Below are positions 48,600 through 64,000 of a stretch of 64,000 bases of DNA, in pieces. Position 1 is the stretch's first letter, and each line of letters opens with the position of its first letter. Source of the DNA: the human T2T-CHM13v2.0 reference genome, Homo sapiens; assembly GCF_009914755.1 (NCBI RefSeq), contig NC_060933.1; one strand, given 5' to 3'. The notes beneath the pieces were generated by a model. It was not told where the DNA came from, did no database searches, and worked only from the letters and a program-made list of their open reading frames with translations. Both the position numbers and the translations under genes were made by a program.

Positions 48600-49700
48600 G
48601 GAGTGTGTGCCCAGGACGTGGCTCGGCACCGGCACCAGGGCGGGGGTCTAGGGGTGCCGGCCTGTTGGGGAGCGGCTTGCTCACGCTGGGGAGGCGGCAG
48701 CCCCGAGCGCTGGGCCAGGAGCATGGACTCAGCCCAAGGCTGGACGTGCAGGCGAGCTGAGCGGGAGCCGAGGGTGGGGGCCACACCCTGCCCTCTGTTT
48801 GGGGGCTTTCCTTCTTCCAGCCCCGGGAGTCCTCCCGCAGATCGGGACGCCCCCACGAACCCGCGTGGGAGGAGGGCTCCAGGGAGAAGGGGGAGGGGGG
48901 CTCCTAAATCCAAGACGATGCGGGACGCTGAGCCCGTGCGTCCACCTGGTGGGGGGCTCACCCAGCGCGCGCCTCGCGTCATCCCCCTCCCCAACTCCTG
49001 CACTCCGGGGGTCCGGAGCCCTAACCCCAGCTGGGAAGAAAAGAGAGGCAGGACCGCTGACGGGGTAGTCGGCGGCAAGAGGCCCAGCGGACCCCGCGAC
49101 AGACCCTGGGCGCGAGGACCGGAACCTCGGGGCGCGGCTACCAAGGGGGAAGGGGTCTAGGGGTGCCGCCGGGGGACCCGCATCCATCCCCATCCCCGGC
49201 GATTAGCAATCTCCTCTCCCGGCGCCCTCCGCCCCAGCCCCCGCCTCCGCCCCCGCCCCCGCGGCCCGCTCCCGCGCGGCGCCTGCTCACCTCCGGCGGG
49301 GAGCGCCCGGCCCCCCGCGGCCCCCGAGCCCCCTCACATGGCGCCGGGAGCCGAGCGCCGGGGTCCGCGCTCCTCAGGCCGCCCAGGCCTCGCCGCACCC
49401 GCGGCCCGCCGGGTCCTAGCGCCGCCGTCACGGCCCGGCCCAGGCCTGGGAGGTGGGCGGAGCCTCGGGGCCGCGGGTGGCTCCGCCCACGGGCGGCGCG
49501 GGCGGGGAAGGGAAAGGGGAGGCGGACCCGGGTGCCGCCGCCTGGTGAGCGCCTCGGTCACCCCACTGGGCAGCCCGGGGTGACCACCAAAATACAACAG
49601 CCTTTCGGCTCCCTGCAGTGTGGATCGGGCCCACTTCTAGCTCTCTTTATTGCCACCATGACCCCGGATGGGGAAACTGAGTTCCGGAGCACGCTGTGCT
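48600..49700 (-). promoter_or_regulatory. ST6GALNAC6: ST6GALNAC6 CpG-island promoter and non-coding exon 1 (donor GAG|GTGAGC at 49290)
   Basis: Very high GC/CpG, multiple GC boxes, consensus donor. Confidence 0.8.
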
Positions 49701-49981
49701 TGCACTCAGTGGAGTTTCTACCTGGGCTCCCCACAGAGGGCCTCCAGCTCCCTGCCTTGCACCCTGTAGTCACCTGGGCAAACTTAGGGTTCACCCTCAG
49801 ATTCAAGTTAACCTCTGCCATTCGCCAGCTGCGCAGCCTTAGCGCATAACTTCCCTTCTCCCTGCCTCTGGAAAATAGGGAGAAGAATAACTTCACAGAG
49901 CTGGGAAAACTTAAGATGTTCCTTCTTGTAATTACCAGGGCATCCATGACATCACTCTACGTGATAGGGAAAAATAACTTA

Positions 49982-53290
<3,309 letters not shown>

Positions 53291-55952
53291 AAAGTCAGCA
53301 GTAGTCCCCCAGGGTCCAGCCTTTAGGCCATAAAGGCACTGCCCACCAGGCAGGGAGGGGGTGGCCCGCAAGGGTGGATTGGAGGCTTCCTGTCCCTGGT
53401 GCCCACCTCCATCCGCTTCCTGAGCCTCAGACCAAGCTCCACCCATGGCCCTCCTAGGTCGCCGACCCCGCCCTACAAGTGACAGGATGGAAAACCATGG
53501 AGTGGGGGCAGGGCGGTCAGACAGGCAGGAGGCCTGATGAACTTGACTTCTGAGGACTCAGAGCCTCTAGCCCAAGGCCACCCAGGGCGCTGGGGGCTGC
53601 ACCAGGGAGGGAAACATCCTGTCCCCAGCCCTTCTCACTAACCCAGGCCAGTGACCCGAATCAAACACCCAGAAGTGAGAGGGTGCTTTGGCCCTGCTCC
53701 TGGACAGCATCTGGGCCTGGAGCTGCCTGTCCCGCCTGCCATGTCTCTGGGCCCAGGCTCACTCCAGCAGGATTTGCTTCAGGGCTGGCTTCCCTTCTTG
53801 GGCCCCAAGAACGACAGCAACCATCTCAATAACAGTAATAACAAGGATGAGAAACAGAGCAGCTTACTCTCTGCCAGGCACTTTGCAAACACACCTCATT
53901 GAATCCTTATGGTGGCCTATGAGTTGGGTACTGCGGTTAACCCACTTTCCAGAGGAAGAAACTGAGGCTCAGAGAACACGCAGGTGGCAGGGTTGTTTCC
54001 ACTAGGCCTGTCTGTTTAATAACCACAGACATATTCTACACGGAAGCCTTGGGTCTGTGAGAGCCAGGCCAGGCCACACCAGGACGTTCCTGCATGGTGG
54101 CTGTGGCCAGTCCTCGTGGGCCTCCCCCCCCCAGCCCTTCCCCCACAGTCTGGGAGAGCTGGCCTCTGCTTTGACCCTTCCTGCCTCCTACACGGGTAGG
54201 AGAGGCCCGTGTATCCCCTGCTTCCTGACCCTTAGCAAACTTCTTTGAGCCGTTAGGATTTTTCCCTTCCATGGTATTCTGGAAAGAGCTCTAAGAGACC
54301 CCTCACCTGCCGCAGCTCCCAATTCAAAGAAACCAAGATCAAGGGTCGGAGGGAGAATAGAACTTGCCCAAGACTCCGCAGCGGGTCGTGGGCAGAGCCA
54401 GGCTGCAAGCCAGGCCTGGGGACTCCGGCCTCTCTCCCTCTAGGCTTTTGTCTGGGGGAGGGGCTTCTGGAGAGGAGAGGCCTGTGAGAGTGGCGGGCAG
54501 GTGGGGGCCTGCACACAGGGGCTGCTCCATAGCCCAAGACCTGGGCTCCCGGCCAGAGGGTCTGGAACGAGGAAGTACTGCCTCTTCCCCCACAGAGGCT
54601 GGAGAGGGCAGACGGGCCTAGATGAGCCTAGACGCTGGGTCCCACCAGTCCCCCAAAGCCAGATGTTCCTGTTCTCACCTGGGTGTGTGAGATTTTTTGT
54701 TTCATTTTGTTCCTTACAAGGTGAAGCTGTGTGAACCGTGAGCGTGAGCTCTGGGCCAGGCTCCATGGCCCTTCTAAGGAAAAGGCCCCTTAGGACACCT
54801 CTGGGCTGTGAGGCTTCCCCGGCTTCCCCTCTGGGCTTGGAGGAAGTAGGGTAGGTCCTCAGCCACTCTGCTGAGGGGCAAAGGAACCAGGGTATGAACA
54901 GGAAAACAGAGGCCCAAAGAGTGGCTGCAGATTCAGGTGATCCCTGGGGCTGTGGGGAGGCTCCTGCCCTGGGCTCACCTCAAGGAAGCTGCAGGAACTG
55001 CTGTGGCAAAAGCAGAGAGTCTTCAGTTTCCTGATCAAGACAGCCTTCAGTAGACCCCGAACCAGCCACCAGACCTGTCAAGGATCATCTCCATCTGCCT
55101 GGAGGAAGTGACTGACGCATCACTCCTGCCAGGTCACCACCCCCAGAAAGACACACCATTTGGGCCAACCCAGCAGTAAATACCCCACCCGAGGGTAGGG
55201 CCAGGTTAGAGGAGCCTCTGTGTCCTGGGCCCAAGGGCTGGGTCAGCCTTTTCCCAGGGGATAGAGAAGGAAGAGGAGGCAGCCTCCCAGGAGAGAGTGG
55301 AGTTCAAATCCCATCAGAACCAGTGGACACTGGGCCTTGGACACCCAGGATGAGGCAGGGAGTAGGGAGACAACCAATGGGGCAGGGGCTTCCTGCCATC
55401 TGTCACCACCAAGGAAGGGCAGGGCCAGCCCAGGGCAGATGAACCCCACGAAAAATGCTGGCTCCACATGTCAAGTGCCTGCTATGTCCTAAGCCACGGG
55501 GATAGTCCACTGTCTGAATCTGTGAGGTGGGGACAATTTTAACCTTTTACAAATGACAAAACAGGCCCAGAGAGGGGTACTAATCTGCCAAGACCACTAC
55601 AGCAGAAAGTGGGGCCAGAAAGAAGTCAGGCCTTGACTCCAGGGCCCTCCCTCTGAGCCCGGAAACCCCCTCCACCTCCGCCTACCAGACTCCATCCCGC
55701 CCTTACCTCTGCCTGACACCTGTTGAGAGCTCCTCGCTCCGTGCTGTGGCTCCGCTGCCAGCCTGCTCCTAGCTTCGCCAGCTCAGGGCTCTCCTCCCCC
55801 CTCCCATTCCTGCAGAAACTTCTGGGTCCACCTGGCACTGGGCAGGAGGAAGCCGGGCACAAAAGCGGTGCTGTGAACCAAGTGCCAGGTCTCAGCCCCC
55901 TCTGTGAAAGCCAAGGGCGGGAGGGAGAGTATGCCGGGTCACCCAGAGCCCC

Positions 55953-56130
55953 CGGGACTACTGGCTACATAATTTCTGGGATCCAGTGCAAAATGAAAAT
56001 GCAAGTCCTCTTGCAAAAAAAAAACAAAAAACAAAACAAACAAACAAAAAACCCTAAGAATTTAAAGTTGGCAACAGCAGAGCATTAGCATAGGGCCCTG
56101 ATCCCTGGAGCTGGCAGCTAGAACCCCAGG
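55953..56130 (+). mobile_element. MER45-like hAT-Tip100 relic
   Basis: CATAATTT...CCAGTGCAAAATGAAAATGC...AAGAATTT...ACAGCAGAGCATTA. Confidence 0.7.
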
Positions 56131-56456
56131 GCTGCATCCCAGCTGACAGCCCGAGGCCCTGGCCCAGTCCTCTGAGTCTTCCCGTCCCCAGATGAAGTAG
56201 TGATGCCTGGAAGGGGTGATGCTTGTGGGCTCTCTCCAGCCCAGGGGTGCAGGGCTCAGGTCCTCGGGCTCAGCTCTCAGACCTGGTATTGCACACTGGC
56301 CCAGCCGCTCCACAGTTGTCCGGCTTCAGCTGAGTGGCCTCAGCTCATCTGTAAAACCAGCTAGCACCAGTCCTCCTCTGAGGATGGCAAGGTTCCGCTG
56401 GTGGGACTTTTTTTCTCACTTTACAGATGACGAAAGTAAGGCCTGAGCCAGACTAG

Positions 56457-57607
<1,151 letters not shown>

Positions 57608-58163
57608 TCATCTCCACCCCTAAACACATCAGACACATGACCACGCTAGAGACAGCATCCAGAAAACACACGTTTACCCGTACGTTCCTGATACGGCCCC
57701 GGCAGTCACAACTCCAAGGCCCCTTCACCAATGAACCCCAGGCTCTCGGCTGCCCCAACCAGGGCGGCCAGCCTGAGAAGTGTGGCACCAAAAGGTGGTA
57801 GGGGCGGCTGGGGAGGGAGGACCAGGACTGGCACAAGGTCATGATGCTGGTGAGTTGGGGGCCATCAGCCCCAGGGACAAAGGCCACTTGACAGACCTGG
57901 AGGTGGGGTGAGCCCCCAAATGCCATGAATTACTCAGGGAGTGGAGGGGGGAGACACGGCTCCCCCCTCCACTCCCCTTCAAGTCATGAGGCCTGAGATG
58001 GCTCCAAGTGTCGCCAGAATGGGGTGGGAAGGAACCTTAGGTCCACCCAGCACGTGGCAGGAGGCAGGATCCATAAATTAAATGTTTTTGTGGAGTGTGA
58101 TGGCTTGGGATGGGACATCCCGGAGGCCTCGCAACGGCATGGCGGCTGGCAGGACGACGGAAG

Positions 58164-58353
58164 CTACTCAGTCCTCCAGGACGGATGGGCGAACACGATG
58201 GGCCTCTTCTTGGCCCAGCGGGAGAAGACCGCCTTCTCAGTGATGAAGCGGTGGGCGCTTCGGGGCGCCTGCTCGTGTGCCAGGTACATCTGACACTCAT
58301 CTAGCCGGCCCTTCTCAAAGTAGTGGTAAGGCACTGAGGGGTGGCTCTTCTCC
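58164..58353 (-). CDS. ST6GALNAC4: ST6GALNAC4 last coding exon (EKSHPSVPYHYFEK...HRFITEK...HPSWRTE*), 190 nt
   Basis: Sialylmotifs III and VS; TAG at 58166-58164. Confidence 0.96.
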
Positions 58354-58878
58354 CTGCGGGGTGGGGAACAGGGCTGGGGTGGGACAGAACCCACTAGCCT
58401 CCGGCCACACCCTGCCGCCTACCTTGACCACCCCTCGCCAGGCCCATGGGCTCGTGAAGACCCACGCCTGATCCCTGGGGAGGCCAAGACACATAGGGGA
58501 GTAGCAGATCCCGAGAGCCAGGGTTCGAGTCCTGGCTCTGCCTCTTGCAAGCTGGATGACTCTGGGCCAGAGATGGACGCTGTGAGCCTCAAGAGCCCGT
58601 GTGTTAAACGCAGACGGTCACATCCGCCTTCCAGAACAAGTGCGTAGATCAAGAGATGGAGACTGCAGGGACCCTGCTAGTGGTCCTGGGCTCCTGGTGA
58701 GGGAGGAGCCCCTCATTCCCATGTCACAGAGCCACCAGCCCTGCACGCCCACCTCCCCATCAGCATCACGGGGGCCAGCCGTATGGCCAGGGCCATGGCT
58801 GGGGCACAGGGACACCTGTCACCTCGGTGACCTGTTGTGAACTCGTTAGTTTCCATAATATTGAAATATAATAATATA

Positions 58879-59244
<366 letters not shown>

Positions 59245-59724
59245 TTATAATATCAAATATTATATAATATCAAAAATCACATATAATATCAAAAATTAAA
59301 ACTTATATAAAACATATCACTGATATATATATATATATATATATTTAGGCCCTATATATATAGGCCCTGACTGTGGTAAGCACTTTTGTAGATTATTCCC
59401 TCCCTAAATGTTTCAACAACCTTCCAAGTAAGATGTGGTTCTTTTCTCTATTTTCCACATAAGGAAACAGAGGGTCTGCGGGGTGGCATGACTGGCCCGT
59501 GAACAGCCTGTGACCACAACAGCCACACTGGGGTTGGTAAGGCAGCCTGTTTGACACTGAGCTCTTTCCCAAGGCCCAGAGCGCAAGGGGTATCTGTGCT
59601 GTGGTCACCCACCATGAAGCCCACACTCCCTCTGCCCCCACAGCTCCCAAATCCTCTGGTTTAAGGCCTAGGAGGGCTCACAGTCCTCCCCGCGTCCCCG
59701 CGTGCCCGGCCTGGCTGGTCTGAC

Positions 59725-59832
59725 CTGCAGTAGCTGTCGCTGACCATCCCATAGACCACGATCTCCTCACACAGCTCCAGCGCGAGGATCATGGTGAACC
59801 AGCCGGTGCTGAGGAAGGAGCCCGACTGCCTC
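59725..59832 (-). CDS. ST6GALNAC4: ST6GALNAC4 coding exon, sialylmotif S (RQSGSFLSTGWFTMILALELCEEIVVYGMVSDSYC), 108 nt
   Basis: Sialylmotif S; AG/GT boundaries in phase. Confidence 0.96.
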
Positions 59833-61257
59833 CTGGGGGTGGCGGGGGGACAGGGGGACGCTGTCAACAAGAGGCCATGTGGTAGCTCCAGGCCCCAGCA
59901 GCACTTGGTACTTTGCCAGCCCGGGGCTATGCACCTCAACCTCTTGCGGGGGGCTCTGGGGGAGGCTGGGGAGGGGACAGAGCCAGCCCAAGGCCAGCAG
60001 TGGGTGACAGGCAGAGCGGCACACAAACCCAGGCCTGATCACCTCCTCAGCACCCAGCGGGGCTCGGGCCCAGCTACGCTTTGCAGGGTTTGAGCAAACC
60101 CCTGGATGATGGGTGTGGGGGCTCTGGCCACGTCCTCTCCTCATCTAAGGGACCAGGCCTGGGGAGACAGCATGAGGCAGCAGGGCACCGTGGTTTGAAG
60201 TCAGGTGGGGGTTCTCTAGAGTCCAAGGATCTTCCACTTGAACCCTGGCTCTGCTATGGGCATCACATTTGCTCGTGAACCTCTCTGAGCCTCATGACCA
60301 GTCTGTGAAGTGGAGATAATTTTAGGGGGTTATAGGGAGGGAACACTGTCAGCCCAGCCCCTGCCCGCATGCCCCCATGCCCCACTCAGAGCAAGGGGCT
60401 AGGTGGTGGCCCCAGCCTCAGCTCCCTGGAGGCAGCAGCCCTGGGTACTCTTGCAGCCAAGGGCCACCCCTCTCAACCTCTACAGAGCGGGTATGAACTG
60501 GTTCATTCATTCAAACTGAGCCCCACCCAGGCCCTGTGCTGGCCCAGAACCTACCTCATCTGGTGCTAACATTCCACGGAAGCACCAGATGGGAAGGGAA
60601 GGAGAAAAATAGATAAACAAGTAGCTAGGAGACAAATCTCTAAGCAAGATGATGGCAGAGGGTGACACCTGCTGCCAAGACAAGGAAACAAAGGAATGGA
60701 TAAAGAATGCCAGGGCGGGAGGCACTCCTTCTGATGGGGTGGTCAGGGCGGGCTTCCCTGAGGAGGTGACCTGAGTAACAAGAGGAGCCTGTCATGGGAA
60801 GATCTGGGAGAAGAACATTCCAGGGAGAGGGAACAGCAGGTGCAAAGTCCTGCAGGTAGAAATAGGCATGGATGTCTGAGCCCCAGACGGCCAGTATGGG
60901 TAGAACAGGGAGATTGAAGGAGACACAAAGTCACAGAGGCAGGCAGAGGCAGGATCACGCAGGGCAGGCAGGCCAGGAGTGGTGGGGGCGGGAAGCCTAA
61001 GTCAAGGTGGCAGCCATGGGCCATTGTACGTGGCAGATGATGATACGAGAGGAATCAGAGGCACAGCCCAATTTTCTGGGGGATACACCAGAGGCTGACT
61101 GTTCTATCTCCTGAGCACAGAGGCCAGTGGAGAGCAGGTGTGTGGAGGAGGGGCTGGCAAGAGTCATGAGTGTGCTTTTGGATATGACATAAAATGAAAC
61201 CTTGAATGCGGAGTGCTTCACCCAATGCCTGGTGAGCAAAGAGGGCTGTTATTGCTC

Positions 61258-61736
<479 letters not shown>

Positions 61737-62041
61737 TAGACAGACCATTCCCTCCAGAGAGAAGTGCTCCCTCATGCCCCTACACACTGGCTAGTGCTTC
61801 CCATCAGGTGCTCAAAAGGCCTGACAGCCCTCAACACCATCTGGGATTCTAGATCTGTGTGACAGTTTCCTGAGTGACATCCCCTCTGCCTCCTGCCCCC
61901 CATTAGAGGGCAGGACCATGTCTGCCTCCATGAGTGCTGACCTCCCGGGCCTGACAGAGCAGCCCCTGATGGACAAGAGACTCCCAGAGAAGGAAGGCCC
62001 CAGCTGCCAGAGAGACCCCAGCAGGCAGGCCCCAGGCTCAC

Positions 62042-62454
62042 CGGTTCTTGCCCGTCTCGTCCTGGAAGATCTGGTCGCAGTAGGCCATCATGCGCTCCGT
62101 GAAGGTGTACACCTGCAGGCCGGGGTACATCCTGGTGAGCTGCAGCAGCGTGCGGTAGGTGCGGCCGCCGAGCACCCGGTCCATGTGCCTGCCCTGGCCC
62201 CACACCATGTAGAGCGTGTCTCGGGCCTTCTGGAAGTAGTGTGAATAGTTGCGCAGCAGCAGCGGCACGCTTGTGTGTGAGACGACACGCAGGGTGCTGC
62301 GCTGGCCCACATCCGCCTCAAAGCCCACGGTGGGCGCCTGGTTCATGCGGAACACGCACTCGGCACTGTCGATCTCAGCACCCAGGCCTGAGCCCAGCAT
62401 TTGGCCGGAGCTGGACACCACGGCACAGCTGCGGCAGGGCTCGCGGACCAGCGG
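62042..62454 (-). CDS. ST6GALNAC4: ST6GALNAC4 coding exon, sialylmotif L (PLVREPCRSCAVVSSSGQMLG...DETGKNR), 413 nt; upstream exons lie beyond the window
   Basis: Sialylmotif L; GCAG|CCG acceptor, CG|GTGAG donor. Confidence 0.97.
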
Positions 62455-63076
62455 CTGCAGGGCAGGCAGGGAGAAAGAGACAGAGAGGCATGAACACGCA
62501 GCTTACACCCCCTGCAGCTCCCCCTGGAATATCCACCAATCTTGCTTGATCAGGTATCGGCTTGAAGGACTGTTATGAACCCATTTTGCAGGCTGGGCAG
62601 CAGGGATGACTTTCCCGAGATCACAGTGATACCCAGTGTCAGAGCTAAGGTTCTGCACTCAGCCCCCACTTCCTCATCAGCCATATTTGTGGTCCTTATT
62701 CCTGTTGCTGCCTCTGAGGCCCTGTCTCTACGTAATGAGTCCTTATGAGGTTTGCTTGAGCAAATAGTTATAAAACACTTAGAACAGTGGCTGGCGCAGA
62801 CTGGAGGTCATATAAGTATTTGTCAAGTAAACATGAACCTCAGCTCTTCAGAATCATTCTTAGGCCACTCCCTCCCCTGCACATGCCTCACCCACACTGT
62901 GCCCAGTTTCTAAGTAAGAGCAGGGTCATCAGCGCCCAGGACAGCTGTGGGACTCCCTGGTCCTGAGCCTGAATCCTGGCTCTGCCCTCTCCTAGCTATG
63001 TGGCCTGAAGCCAAGTCACCGGCCTCTGTGCGCCTCAAGTCTCTCATCTATAAAATGGGGAAGAAAACAACATCTG

Positions 63077-64000
<924 letters not shown>

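Noticed and set aside
48339-49849. Several 200-270-aa ORFs on both strands
   Set aside because: Typical stop-poor CpG-island frames; the same applies to 26596-27409.
59320-59368. (AT)n and CCTATATATATAGG palindrome
   Set aside because: Ordinary AT microsatellite self-complementarity.

Overview
Human (or very close primate) genomic DNA matching 9q34.11. Four genes lie head-to-tail on the minus strand: the 3' three coding exons of ST6GALNAC4 (58164-62454; its 5' end is beyond the window), all of ST6GALNAC6 (333 aa, CDS 36386-47769), all of AK1 (194 aa, CDS 17423-24020, plus an alternative myristoylation-type AK1-beta first exon and the intronic MIR4672 hairpin), and the promoter, exon 1 and part of intron 1 of ENG (ATG at 3769). 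Exon boundaries were read from GT/AG sites and add up to full-length ORFs. The rest is dense with Alu, MIR/L2, L1, MER and LTR relics; most long ORFs in the supplied track are artefacts of these. The most striking unexplained structure is a 162-bp, 95%-identical inverted copy of the 3' half of an ST6GALNAC4 coding exon, including its 5' splice site, inserted inside an intronic Alu 1.4 kb away (63583-63744). It predicts a long pre-mRNA duplex over a coding exon and its donor. Other notable items: two further locally copied segments (a 44-nt direct-plus-inverted insertion in an Alu and a perfect 38-bp dispersed repeat in AK1), a MIR-derived ST6GALNAC6 start exon whose overlapping uORF stops exactly on the downstream AUG (AUGA), a CCAAT-box array in the ST6GALNAC6 3'UTR, and a competing third arm next to MIR4672. 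Repeat family names and repeat boundaries are from memory of consensus sequences and are approximate.
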